DNA of 64,000 nucleotides, taken from contig CM100124.1 in NCBI GenBank assembly GCA_046056395.1, positions 574,968 to 638,967 on the forward strand, given 5' to 3'. The notes beneath the pieces are model-generated. The model saw only the letters and a program-made list of their open reading frames with translations. It searched no databases and was not told the DNA's origin. Source of the DNA: Mugilogobius chulae (taxonomy: Eukaryota). This document shows positions 50,335-63,235 of the stretch, piece after piece (positions within the stretch are counted from its first letter, which is position 1; each line of letters begins with the position of its first letter). The position numbers and the translations under genes were made by a program.

Positions 50335-51013
50335 TTGCTAGCATAGCCACTAGGGATGCACGTTTTCAAAAATTTCTTTAACCGGTTAGTTGGAGCTCTT
50401 CGCGGTCAATAATCGGTTAACCGAACACGTTAACGCGGTACTTTTTTTATTGTTGTTATTTTCACTGGACGTGTTATAATTAGACACAGCAGCGCTACGA
50501 GAGTGAATTTAGAGCAGAGAGACAGACACAGGCCTTTAAACTGGGCACAACACGGCTGAATAGAAGCCTCTATAAACACTGTTTTAATGCACTTTTGCAC
50601 TATGTATTATATAAAACTACTCTCAAATAAGGAGTCATGTTTTAAAGTTGCTGCTAACGTTAGCTGCTAACCTTAGCTTGTCTTGAACAAGTAAAAACAT
50701 CGATAGTTTCCCAGGCAAGCCCAGTCTGTTTTCTTCACCAACATAAAATCCAAGTTAATTAATCCATGCATGGTTGATATTAGTTCATAAACACTGCAGT
50801 GTCACAGGTTTGCTCAGTCCTTCTGAGATAAACAGTGTTTTTGTAGTTTTAGCGATCTTTTTTCCTTCTCTGACAAACGCCAGAGCTGTTCAGGGGCAGT
50901 TGGCGCCATCTGCTGGAGCAACTGTCAGTTAACCGGTGAAAGACGTCTCACTCGAACAAGGCATTAGTCACAGTTAACCGGTTAATCGGTTAACCATGAA
51001 CATCCCTAATAGC
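50335..51013. mobile_element. DNA-transposon relic with TIR TAGGGATG...AACCGGTTA
   Basis: 50335 ctagggatgcacgttttc...aaccggttag matches the reverse complement of 50975-51013 cggttaatcggttaaccatgaacatccctaatag. Confidence 0.55.
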
Positions 51014-51689
51014 CACTAATGCAAAGTGATGGTGTCTGGCATAACTGGGTTGGAGAAAAAAATCAGGCCCCACTTCCTGGTTCCACTTCCTGGTTCCACT
51101 TCCTGGTTCCACTTCCTGGTTCCACAGTCTCAGATCCCATGTTAAAGAGGAGATTAGATACAAAATGATATTAGAAGTTTGTAAACGTGCTCGGGGCTAA
51201 GCAGCTCTGTGTGAGTCAGGAGCATATAAACTACATTTTTGTTTAAAACCGTTTCTTCAGCTTCATAAACTATGAAGTTATTACGACATGTCTCTCAATA
51301 ATCGTAACACTAACATTTGATACCGTGACGTCCCCAGTGGAAGTCACAACTTAACTTAATCTGAATAAAATGTCCAATAATATGAGATCAACAGCAGCCA
51401 ATAAATCAGTCTCATTATGTTCAATTAAAACTAGCACAACTATGATATCGGCTAAATCAATATCATGGAGCCGATACTCGATCCAGCAACATTTCCTGGA
51501 TCGGCACCGATATTCGATCCCAGTATCGGATCTGTGCATCTCTAGTTTAGACTGAAAACAACCGCGCTGTGGATCTGAGTTAGCACATATATATACAGCC
51601 GATATTTTGAGGCTGATATTTGGCTGTTTAGTTTTGCATATCGGCCTTATTTTGGCCGATATTTGAGCTGACAGTTGTTTGAACCTAAG

Positions 51690-52140
51690 CCTTCAAATAA
51701 AAAAAGTCCTCCAAAATTCAAAAACTTTAATAGGACTTTTGTATTGGCTCCGCCTACATTTGTTTGAGTAATTTTAGGTCCTAAAACACATTTCTCCCTC
51801 AGTGACCTTCAGCTTTTACAGAGGAATGATCAAAACACAAAATATTCCAAATCTAGAGTCATTTATGTCTCAGCTGTAACACCAGCTTTACCTGTCCTTA
51901 TATCTACCAAAAAACATGTAGGCTGAATTTAGATTGTGATTGTCTTTTGTTTGGAGAAAGTTCTCACTTCTGATGAGCCTCTTGGACATCAGAAGTAAAA
52001 ACTACAGACACAGCTTTAAAAAGACTCCAGACATTTGCCTGAGCTCCAAAGGATCAGTTTTACATTTAGATCATTTTTGTCAGACGTGTGAGGGGAAATA
52101 GGTCTGAATGAGAAGGAGTTAAAGTCACGTGAAGTAAAAA
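51690..52140. repeat. ~450-bp interspersed repeat, copy 2 (see 15770-16225)
   Basis: alignment to copy 1. Confidence 0.8.
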
Positions 52141-52643
52141 CTGGCACATCTCACCCACTTTCCCTGTTTATATAAAAATAAGACATTTATAAAGACTAAG
52201 TATTGACTGTACAATGTTCAAACTACCAAACAAAACTAGACTGAAAAGAGAGAGTTTGATTCTTTAACATGTCGCTGTCGTCCACCCATGTTTCTTTCAG
52301 TCTGGTGATCTAGTATATTAATGACTTTTGTATCTCTTTATCCTCTGTGTCTGAAGTAAAGTCGTGTGGTGACGTCATGTGAACAGAGATTATTGATCTT
52401 TGGAGAGACAGATAATACTTGACAGCGCTGCACTTTTCAGACGTTTGGACTCGGGACAAAAAAACTCTTATTGATCCTGCGCATTTTTCTCTCTCGTCAC
52501 AAACGATCACAAAGTCTTTCCATCTTCAACAGCAGCAGCAGCAGAAAACGTCTGACGGAAAACAAGGACTGCAATAAGTAGAAGTGGACGATTAATCACA
52601 ACTAATCATTATAGTAATCAAATAATTTACTGTGGAAACAAAA

Positions 52644-53262
52644 GTTTTTAGGGCTGGGCGATATGGTGAAAAATTAATATCACGATTTTCTTGGAGCCAG
52701 ATCACGATTTCGATTTTATCACGATTCTTGTAAGCTGTCTAGTTTCAAATACAATCGTCTGCTTGTTTTAGAAAGTTCCTTCTTCACCGTCAAAGTCTAG
52801 ATCCAGTCATTACAGGCTGATCGGTGTTGCCAGATTTTCAGAGAAAAACAAGCGACCAATTCCAAAAAAAGTGCCCTCAAACTTAAGAAAATAATTATAA
52901 AAAAATCATATAATTAGAACGTTGTGTTTCTCCACAAAACAAGTTTCTGTCATAACCACTTCTAGACATGAATATACTGTATGCTAAAAGTCCATTCTTA
53001 TTTTTAAGTCGGACCTGAAAAATGATTAAAATTCATCTCTTTTATGACTTGAAAGTGCAGCCCCCAAAAACACAACCTTCCACATTCATAAGAGACTTTG
53101 AAAAAAAAAAAAAAAACAGAAGAAGAAAACTCTGAGGCTGAAAAAAGTAGGTTGAAAATAATTGTCTGTATTTTAACAAACAAATTAATTAAATAGAGAA
53201 CTGGGAAATCACAATTTGACTATTTCACGATTTGATTTTTATCACGATACTGCCCAGACCTA
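52644..53262. mobile_element. MITE with TIR GGGCTGGGCGATATGGTGA / ATCACGAT repeats
   Basis: 52644 agggctgggcgatatggtgaaaaattaatatcacgatt matches the reverse complement of 53236-53262 atcacgatactgcccagacct. Confidence 0.55.
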
Positions 53263-53286
53263 AGTCAGACAAAAGGTAATTACTTT

Positions 53287-53885
53287 AAAACAGGGCTATT
53301 CAAATAGCGGCCCGCGGGCCAAATGCGGCCCACTAAGCAATATAATGTGGCCCACCATGGTAAAATGGGCCATAAACTGGACCACATTGTAAAGAAGCCT
53401 GGGAAACACTCTGTATCTGATTTACAGTGAACAGTGGTAAATACAGCAAGATAATGCTAAGCAATAAAGACTGGCCCATCATAGTAAAGTGGACCATGGA
53501 CTGGGCCACATTTCTTGGTTAGATCTGCTCTTAAGTAGCCTGCAGTAGTTTTAAATCAACTTAATCAGCTAAAATGCCACTGATATTTGTTTTGTTCAGT
53601 TCATAATATGTGCTCTAGGCCTGTTCCAAATTATGGTTCACCCTTGAAGTAGCAAAAATATGGACCTAGAGACATAGAGTTGGATTAACTCTAGGTTTCT
53701 GATTTGCTCACGTTCTAGCTTTAATTTATCTCTGCTAGTGTAAGCCTGTTATTGGACAGAGCATTTTCGATTAATTTTCAATTTACTAAACATAAGTTCT
53801 TGGAGCAGTTTTGTTGTGCGGCCCACAGACCATAGTCCTTTGAAAAATCTGGCCCCCTGGAAAATATAATTGAATAGCCCTGCTT
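53287..53885. mobile_element. MITE with TIR CAGGGCTATTCAA(A/T)TA
   Basis: 53287 cagggctattcaaatagcggccc matches the reverse complement of 53850-53883 ggccccctggaaaatataattgaatagccctgc. Confidence 0.6.
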
Positions 53886-54235
53886 TAAAACGACACCAGA
53901 CATGAGACCAAATTGACTGAAAAATAAAAATCTACTGTAATTTCTAGGTTGTGTGTGTATGTCGGTGTAGGCTTTTAGACCGCAGACACGAGGCTTTTAT
54001 TACAACACACGCGTCAGAGTAAACAGGCTAAATAAGCTCTGAAGAGACTCTGAAACATCTGTAATAATCACTGCTCTTCTGACGTCCAACAGTGAGACTG
54101 AAGCTGAAGTTCAGATCTTAAATCTCTAAGTTTATTTTGTTTAAACGTCAAGTGTGCACATTATTTATCTCTGTGCATTTACCTCTGTGGAAGTTTTCTT
54201 CTGCTGTTACTGACGTGAGAGCTCATAAACTGGCC

Positions 54236-55175
54236 AACGGATTTATCTCGTGATATTTGTGAATTCACAAACACGAGACAAACCATCTGACCTTCCAGCC
54301 GCCCGATTGGTTTGAGAGTCCGAAACAGCGGTGTTTCGGGAGTGTTAAGACGGCTGTTAGCATCCCGGCGCCGCCACCGAGTCTGATTCAAGCGAAACAA
54401 AGATGGCTGCTCTGTGGATGTTTGTGTTTCTGCTGCTTTTGATGGTTTTAGCAGAAATACAGAGTCATTTCTTTTTGAAAGAAGAGCAGTATGTGTAACA
54501 CGTACTTGTTCAGTCCCACGTGGACATTAGATACACCATTACGAGTTGTTGCTGTGATTGGTTAAGCACAAATAAGGTCGGCCCCACACCCAATCAGCTC
54601 CAAGTATTTCACTAAACGCCCCGCCTTTTCCCAAACGCTTTCAACCCAGATGGATATAGTCTATTATAATTTGCACTCTTTATTATTGTGACCAAAATAA
54701 TCGTGATCAATGATATTATCACGATAATTTACTAAACGTAAAAGTGCACAGATTCAAAATCACTGAAATATTTATAAGAGCACAGTATGTATGTGTTTGA
54801 ACAACTAGGTATTGTATTTTGGTCTAAATACAATTAATAATGATTCAAAGTGAACAAATGTTTACAATGTTGAGCAAAAATCTACTAACTTTGTCTCAGA
54901 GTCATTAATTAACTTTAACACATGAAGCTTTTCTGTGTTTAACCATAAAACAGCTTTTACTGGGTTCACAGCGTCAGATTTTAGATGTTTTTATGAAGCC
55001 ACAGGTGTCTGCTGCTTTAATTGAGATTCATTGCGATTACGATTATCACGATAATGAAAAAACGCCACGATTCTTTAATCGTGGCCCTTAATTATCGTGA
55101 TTAGCGATAATATCGTATATCGTCCCATGAAGATAGGAGTTCAACACAGATCCATCTGGAGTGAGCCAGAGTCCT
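54236..55175. repeat. ~440-bp interspersed repeat, copy 2, interrupted by a ~480-bp TIR element (54652-55133) rich in ATCACGAT/ATCGTGAT
   Basis: 54236-54650 aligns to 40960-41345; after the insertion, 55134-55175 (gaagataggagttcaacacagatccatctggag) aligns to 41355-41395. Confidence 0.75.
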
Positions 55176-57489
55176 GTACTACGAAGCTAGATTTGGGGTT
55201 TAGCGAGGTAAGTTCTGGGTTAAACCTGGTCTAGCGGTCCTACGAAACTGGATCACGTCCTATTGTGGCAACATGCGGCAAACTCATAACCTGCTTCGGA
55301 CCAGGATAAGTTCCCGAATAAGTTAAAGGGACTGTACCTGATTTTTGCATCCTAAAAATGTAAACAAACAGATATAATTAATTTTAACCTTTTTCCTTCA
55401 GGCTGCATGATTTCCTCACGTAGCTAATGCATTCTGAGCTTCAGAATTGTTCATCATGATGAGTTTTAATGTTTTTTCACAGCTTTTAACAGCGAGGTGA
55501 GTCACTATGCTAACAACAGTTAGCCACAATGCTAAAAACAAAAACAGAAAAAGCTGCACACAAACGGGATTTTATTAGACATAGACAGGACTTTGGGGAC
55601 TAATTTCCACCTGAATAGATACATTAACAAGGCATCAGTGCTAGGGGGGAAACTGCTTTTAAGTTATCTTGTTGCAAAAAAATCGAGTACAGTCCCTTTA
55701 AAAAGACAAGACGCTGGCCAATCAGAGACGAGAATTTAGGCGTTTGTGAAGAGAGAGGGCAGACAGAGAGAGAGGGCAGTGGAGAAATGAGGAAATGCAA
55801 AAGTCACGGCGTATTCTTTTATATCAATTTGATGCGCACGTAGCGTTATAAAGAGGAGCCACGAGATCTAACCCTATCTGTAGCCTAACACTGAAGAATG
55901 TTTAATCTGTGTGATGATTAATAAACGCTTTCACTGTCAAGAAATGATTGAATGCACTTTGTGCACATTTGACTGTGGAACTTTACGCATCACTTTGACT
56001 CAGACAAAAGACACAGCTCATTCAGTCTAAGCGGCCGATCTATTAAATGCGTTATGTCTACGCATTTGTGCTTTAGTCTGTTGTATCCATGCAGGACATT
56101 TAAATGAACTCTTTAGCGTAACGTCTGTGTCTGTGATTGGCCTCGTAAGCGCAGACTCCACTTGAAACTGCAGCGAGTTTACTTCTCTTAGATTTTAAAA
56201 CTCATATATTTCGCTTGATGATTGACGTTTCCTCACGTTTGAAGTCCGCAGCTCGATTGTTCTGATTGGTCAGTTTGCGTTAACCCCGCCTCTGCTCTGT
56301 GAACGCGCACGACTTCATTAAGAAAATCCAGGGTTAACAGATCCAGATGTGAACTGGTTTCATAGACAGTTTATCCAGAGGCTCAGGTCTGGGTTAGTCA
56401 ACCCGGGTTAGAGACACTTCTCCAGGATCAGTTCAGCCACGTTCAGAGTACAGGCCTCTGGTTAGAGAGTTCAGGGTTAATCAGGAAGTGCAGCAGCAGC
56501 AGCAGAGATGGTCAAATAAATCAGAGAAAACATCAGTGTTTGTCTGACTCTTTTTAGTGATCAGGGTCAAGAGAACGAATCATCTCTAAATCAGACCAAA
56601 CCTTTGTCAAATTAAATGGACACAAAATACAAGTTTATGATCAAACATTTTAGTTTCAAATCAGTTTTAATGAAACTCAAGATTATTTTAAGATTATTTT
56701 GCTGAAAATATCAGATTTTGTTCAAATGTTTGTCCTGTTAATGTTTCTGTATTTGTTCAAATGAGGATCTAATTTTAACAACAGTTTTAACATTGATTTG
56801 TAAGATTTTCGACAACTCTACTTTCAGCCTCAGAGCCTTTGCCACGCCCCCTTTTTAGTCGATTAATCGGTCGATGGGACATGTTTTTAGTCGACCAAGA
56901 GTTTCTTTGGTCAACTACAGCCCTACCTGGAAAGCTACAGTAACTGAGTAATCACAACTAATCGATGAACAAAGTGATCATTAGTTGCAGCTCTTTGGCC
57001 AATGTAAAACACAAAACGTGATAAAATTTAAATTGTGATGTTAACTTTTGTTTAACTCCTTCATGGGACATTGTTTTGTCCTTAGGAGCCGGTTGCCGTG
57101 GAGACAGGCTGCGTGCGTTACCGCGGAGACCATCTCTATAGGCGTAGTGTGCATTGTTACCTGTACGGAGCGGTGCATTGTGGGAGCTCGGGCGTGTCTT
57201 AAATACCTCAGACTTATCAGAGTTTACCTGGAGCTTAGTCCCGCCCTGTTTCCACGGCGACGCTGTCAATCACCACACACACATGATTGAGTGTTTCTGA
57301 GTAAAAGGACTTTTCAGATTTATAAAGGTTTTTCTCACAGGTTCAGGGGAAATACACGAGTAGAGAGAGAAAAACAAACATTTACAAGTCTAATTCAGTC
57401 TGAACAACTTTTGTGCAACAATTACAGAAATAATTAAAGGAATAATTAAATATGTTTATGCAGCTTAACGAAAGAGATTAGAATAATAC

Positions 57490-57950
57490 ATGTGCACTGA
57501 CTTCAACCTGGTTTAGACCTGGTTTAGGCCTGGTTTAGGCCTGGTTTAGTCCTGGTTTAGACCTGGTTTAGACCTGGTTTAGTCCTGTTATAGTCCTGGT
57601 TTAGTCCTGGTTTAGACCTGGTTTAGTCCTGGTTATAGTCCTGGTTTAGACCTGGTTTAGTCCTGGTTTAGACCTGATTATAGTCCTGGTTTAGACCTGG
57701 TTTAGTCCTGGTTTAGACCTGGTTTAGTCCTGGTTTAGACCTGGTTTAGTCCTGGTTTAGTCCTGGTTTAGTCCTGGTTTAGTCCTGGTTTAGACCTGGT
57801 TTAGACCTGGTTTAGTCCTGGTTTAGTCCTGGTTTAGTCCTGGTTTAGTCCTGGTTTAGTCCTGGTTTAGACCTGGTTTAGTCCTGGTTTAGACCTGGTT
57901 TAGACCTGATTATAGTCCTGGTTTAGACCTGGTTTTAGTCCTGATTTTAG
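57490..57950. repeat. 11-bp satellite (CCTGGTTTAGA/CCTGGTTTAGT)n, about 40 copies
   Basis: direct reading; the same monomer is dispersed at 28598-28640, in mvp intron 1 (60760-61620, 62290-62480) and at 63360-63410. Confidence 0.9.
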
Positions 57951-58916
57951 TCCCTACAACCTTTAAAAAATCGTGAAATTAAAATCTCTCTAAACCCGAC
58001 TCGTCCTCCAGGCTCCTGCAGAGTCTCAAAAGTCTTAAAGGTCCCGTGTTAAACTGAATGAACTTCAGTCGTGTTATTCTGCTGTTCTTTTACCACATTT
58101 TTTTAAACTATTCTGCTTTTTAGGCTCTCTTATATTTTGTGGATATTTGTGGAAACTCCATCGTGTTTTTTCCACGCACTGAGAAGCTGTGGATTCAAAT
58201 GTAGGCAAATACAAGACTGGAAACACTGGAACGACATAAAAACATTTTCTGTTTGGACACTTCCTGAAAAATGCTAAACTTGTATGAATGAAGCAGAACA
58301 CAGCAGCAGCTTTGTTTCTGATGAATAATTATGTTAAAACAAGTATTAAAAAGGTGCGTAATTTAGCATCTTTGAATTTAAAATGGGAAATGTAAAGTTT
58401 TAAATGTTTTTTCTGAACATGAAGCAGCATTTTTAGACTTAAGACATGACCGACTGTAGATGGGTTTTTGGTGCGTTGGCCTGCGACATGTTTGTGTATA
58501 AAGCAGAGCTGTGGAATATATCGAATTTTAGATAATATCATGAATGTAGTTTTCAAGATATCCAAAAATGGAATATGGAGTATATCGTTCATAGTTAAAA
58601 TTGCCACAAAAAGAACCTAGTGTAAGAATAGAAAATAGAGAAAATGATGCAGTAACTTTCAATTTAGGACATAAATATAACATGTCTGCACTTCTGTGAT
58701 TCTTTTACAACATTTTACTTTGTTCACGTGACATCCCAGTATTCTCCAGACCGATAATACTTCACACAGATGTTTGTAGCTCAAATAAATCTTCAAAGTT
58801 GTAATACAAAAGTGATCAGGTCTAGTCATTTAAGGAAATCACCAGATTGAAACAGTTGAAATGATTTTTTAGATATTTAATGACAAAGTACAAAAATCAG
58901 AAATCTTCTTCACCGT

Positions 58917-60180
58917 CTACATCAGACCTGGGCAAACTGCGGCCCGGGGGCCAGTTGCAGTCCTTGGACTGTTTTAATTTGGCCCCCAGCACTCTTTTGA
59001 AAATAAGTGTTACCAGTGTCGGGCCGTGCATTTCCTGCCTAGGCCTTCAGTGGAGCTCCTTTTAAATATATTCACTTGTCAATAACCAGCTGATGGATAT
59101 TAAACTATTCTATTACGCAGACACGTGATAAAGAGCAAAGCACCATTACTTCTATAGTCAGAATAAACACATTTACACACACACCCAAAAATATTTACTC
59201 ACCAATAGTCTGAATTACTTGTACACCAAAAACACAAATGGTCCTGAATCTGGAGCTGGTGGTAGTGGGCGCGCGGATCTTGCGCTGGACCCCGTCTTGT
59301 CCCTGAGGCACCCGGCGACGCTTCCAGTGCCTCGTAGATTTCCTCATATTGGCTCCTCTCTCGTGCAGTTATGTTTCCCTCTGCACTTGCTCGTTTAGCT
59401 GTAAATCCACTCTGGGTACGCTAGGTTTTGGAAAGCACCTTGTAAGTGTTCAGAGTTGGCCGGTCTTTCTGAACAATGTCCAGCTTTTCTTGAAAAGTCC
59501 GTCTTGAAAAAGGCTTTACCAACAGACAGCCATTTGATTGGCTGTCTGTGCTTAACAACATTAAGCACAGACAGCCAATCAAATGTCGTAGTTATCGTGA
59601 CGTTGCCGGTGGCCTGCTAGAAGGCCTTGGCGTCGTCAACGTAAAATCTGATTGGTTGAAGCAACAGTTTGATACACACTTATGTTAAGAGACGGAGCCT
59701 TCAAAACTGATTGTGAAGACCTCGGGCAGATTTCACTGACCCTGACAACAACTGATGGCTGAAATATGATTGGTTAAAACAATATATTATGAAACACACG
59801 CCTGAAAGCTGCAAAACGATGGAAATGCTACGAAGAAGCCGATGAATAATTATTGAATTATTATTATTATGCATGCGTGCACTAAATATTAGTTATATCA
59901 GTTTGTTATTTAGATATTTTTAGGCCACAGAGAAGGCCTTGCAGGCCCTGACGGTCCGCCACTGCGTGTTACTCTTTACTTCTTTTATTGGATTGATTTT
60001 GCTATGGAGCATGTGTCTTTGCTTGTTTTCCTAATATTTATCATCAAAAATGGTCAAAATACTGTAGTGGATTAAAAAGCCTGTTTGCACATAATAATGA
60101 TAATTTGTTACACCAATGACCACGGACCGGCCCTCCATCAGTTCTCCGGGTTTGAATCTGGCCCTTAGTGGAAAAGAATT
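58917..60180. mobile_element. DNA-transposon relic (GGCCC-family) with an internal nested palindrome at 59503-59580
   Basis: 58917 cagacctgggcaaactgcggcccgggggcc matches the reverse complement of 60140-60180 ggcccttagtggaaaagaattacccacctctggtctag; internal acagacagccatttgattggctgtctgtgcttaacaacattaagcacagacagccaatcaaatg. Confidence 0.45.
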
Positions 60181-60594
60181 ACCCACCTCTGGTCTAGATT
60201 CATGACAACGTTGTATTCTTCAACTTGAACACAGCCTATTGACGTAATAATCGTCTGAAGATCGTTATCGAGATGTGCCCAAAAAATATCAAGATATTCA
60301 TTTTTGTCAATATCACCAGCACAAGTATCAAGGTTTTATTTCATTAAAAAGAAGGATTTTGACAAGGCAAGAGATAACTGAGGGCTTAAAAAGTCTTACA
60401 TTTCTTACTTAAAGTTGTGCAGGAGCCATGTATCTCCTCTGTCTACAGTTCTAGAGAGTCATGTCTAAGAAGTCAGATCCTCTCGTTCTCCTCTTGTTCT
60501 TCTAACGTTCTCCTCTTGTTCTTCTAACGTTCTCCTCTTGTTCTTCTAACATTCTCCTCTCTTTCTTGTGTCTCCAGTTCTTTATTAAAGAGTG

Positions 60595-60758
60595 ATGTCT
60601 AAGAAGTCAGGTCCTCGAGTCGTGGACATGGATCTCCCTGTGGACGCCTCCATCATCAGGATTCCTCCTCATCACTACATCCACGTCTGGACCAGAACAC
60701 CAACATCGCCCGCGTGGAGACCGGACCCGCTGACCTACATCAGACAGGACAATGAGAG
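60595..60758 (+). CDS. mvp: major vault protein exon 1 (start codon at 60595)
   Basis: ATG TCT AAG AAG... translates to [54 protein letters not shown](R); human MVP reads [39 protein letters not shown], so the middle ([17 protein letters not shown]) is in the wrong frame as assembled; exons 2-3 confirm the gene; donor GAG AG|gtgagt. Confidence 0.8.
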
Positions 60759-61620
60759 GTGAGTTAGACCCAGTTTAGACCTGACTTAGACCTGACTTAG
60801 ACCCACGTTCTGGACCAGAACACCAACATCGCCCGCGTGGAGACCGGCCCGCTGACTTATATCAGACAAGACAATGAGAGGTGAGAAAGACCGGACCTAG
60901 ACCTGACTTAGACCTGGTTTAGACCCACCTACATCAGACAGGACAATGAGAGGTGAGAGAGACCGGACTTAGACCTGGTTTAGACCTGACTCAGACCTAC
61001 GTCCTCGACCAGAACACCAACATCGCCCGCGTGGAGACCGGCCCGCTGACTTATATCAGACAGGACAATGAGAGGTGAGAGAGACCGGACTTAGACCTGA
61101 CTTTAGACCTGGTTTAGACCCACCTACATCAGACAGGACAATGAGAGGTGAGAAAGACCGTACTTAGACCTGACTTAGACCTGGTTTAAACCCACCCACA
61201 TCAGACTGGACAATGAGAGGTGAGAGAGACCGTACTTAGACCTGATTAGACCTGGTTTAGACCCACCTACATCAGACAGGACAATGAGAGGTGAGAGAGA
61301 CCGACTTAGACCTGGTTTAGACCTGGTTTAAACCCACATCAGACAGGACAACGAGAGGTGAGAGAGACCCAGTTTAGACCTGACTTAGACCGCTAGACCT
61401 GGTTTAGACCCACTACATGGACATGAGAGTGAGAAGACCTGACTTAGACCTGGTTGACGGTTTAGACCGGTTTAGACCCACCTACATCGCAGGACAATGA
61501 GAGGTGAGAAAGACCTGACTTAGACCTGGTTTAGACCGAGTTTAAACCCACCTACATCAGACAGGACAATGAGAGGTGAGAAGACTCGACGTAGACCTGG
61601 TTTAGACCTGGTTTGCTATG
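60700..61620 (+). repeat. ~70-180-bp tandem repeat, about 12 copies, each unit = 3' end of mvp exon 1 + GT donor + intron start (which is the 11-bp CTGGTTTAGACC satellite)
   Basis: units such as acctacatcagacaggacaatgagag|gtgagagagaccggacttagacctggtttagaccc; longer units (60800-60880, 60985-61090) repeat ~60 nt of the exon (ccagaacaccaacatcgcccgcgtggagaccggcccgctgacttatatcagacaggacaatgagag|gtgaga); further copies at 62290-62480. Confidence 0.9.
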
Positions 61621-62559
61621 ATAAAACTTTATTGTCCATATGAAAACGGAAATTTGCCTTACATATCTGCAACTGCTGCAAGTCCCACATACAACAGACT
61701 TCATTCATCAACATAAAAGATAAAAATACATGAATACATGCGGTAAGATCATGTGTTCTTCCTTTGGTTTAAAAATGTGATGGAACATGACACAAAAGAA
61801 TGTTTAGATTTATTCCTCCTGCTGCAGGGAAATCGAAAACGCCGTCCAGAGAGTAAGAACTCAAACTCATTGTTTAAAACATGATCTGTGTCTGGAGATC
61901 CTGTAGACCAGCCGTTCCCAAACTTTTTGGAGCCGTGCCCCCCCTATTGGCCCATAGATTGCCTGAGGCCCCTCAGTATTATTTCACACTCCATTCAAAG
62001 TTAGTTAGAATGTATATATTTCATATTAGCATTGGGAATCACTGCTGTACCAATGCCACTGTTTTCTTTGTTTGCAAATGAGTGAATGTGCTCTCAAGGG
62101 GAGGTCCTATTTTGGAGCAGATGTTCAGAAGCCTCTGAATCCTGTTCTTTTGTTTAACCGAAAGGCCACAGAACCAAGCCTTACTGCACTAAAGCAGCAG
62201 ACTTTGGATAGTGACTATATAGAACTGCTCCAAGATGTTTCTGTTGACTCCAAAAGAGCTGAGCCTCATCAGAAACACGATTCGTTGTTGCACAAATCTA
62301 CTTTCTTAGACCTGGTTTAGACCCACCTCACTCGACAGGACAAGGAGAGATGAGAAAGACCGGGTTTAGGCCTGGTTTAGACCTGGTTTAGACTTGACAT
62401 AGACACACCTTCATCAGACAGAACCACAAGAGGTGAAAAAACAGACTTAGACTTGGTTTAATCCTGGTTCAAGCCTGGTTTACACCTGGAGATGCATTTT
62501 TCTGTCTTCAGAGCCCGTTTCCTCCCGTGGCAAATTAGATTCATGTTTTGTAGTGCTAT

Positions 62560-62941
62560 ATTCATATTTTCATCTCTCGTGTCAGAGTCCTGTTTCCTCC
62601 CCTGTGGTCTTGTAGTGTTACATTTATATTTTCTCTCGTGTCAGAGTCCTGTTTCCTCCCCTGTGGTCTTGTTGTGTTATATTCAGTATTTCTCTCTTGT
62701 CAGAGTCCTGTTTTCTCCTCTGTGGTCTTGTAGTGTTACATTTATATTTTCTCTCGTGTCAGAGTCCTGTTTCCTCCTCTGTGGCCTTGTAGTGTTACAT
62801 TTATATTTTCTCTCGTGTCAGAGTCCTGTTTCCTCCTCTGTGGCCTTGTAGTGTTATATTTATATTTTCTCTCGTGTCAGAGGCCTGTTTCCTCCTCTGT
62901 AGTCTTGTAGTGTTACATTTATATTTTCTCTCTCGTGTCAG
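62560..62941 (+). repeat. ~60-bp tandem repeat, 7 copies, each unit = polypyrimidine tract + AG acceptor + first ~25 nt of mvp exon 2
   Basis: unit ttttctctcgtgtcag|AGTCCTGTTTCCTCC(T/C)CTGTGG(T/C)CTTGTAGTGTTACATTTATA repeated; the final copy is the genuine exon-2 start. Confidence 0.9.
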
Positions 62942-63137
62942 AGTCCTGTTTCCTCCGCTGCGGATGCTGATGGTGCCTCCGCGTCACTACTGCGTCATCC
63001 TCAATCCCGTTGCCCGCGACGACAACGACCAGGTCCAGTTCGACCAATCAGGGCAGGCCAAGCTGAGACACGCCGACCAGGAGATCCGCCTCACCCAGGA
63101 CCCGTTCCCCCTGTACCCCGGGGAGGAGGTCCAGCAG
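62942..63137 (+). CDS. mvp: major vault protein exon 2
   Basis: gtgtcag|A GTC CTG TTT translates to (R)[65 protein letters not shown] (human reads [67 protein letters not shown]); phase 2 start matches exon 1; donor CAG|gtatga. Confidence 0.9.
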
Positions 63138-63235
63138 GTATGAACCCTCTGTAACCCTCTGTACCCCGCTGTGACCCGGGGAGGTACTGAACCCTCCTGT
63201 ACGTGTCTGAACCCTCCTGTACGTGTGTTTTTCAG

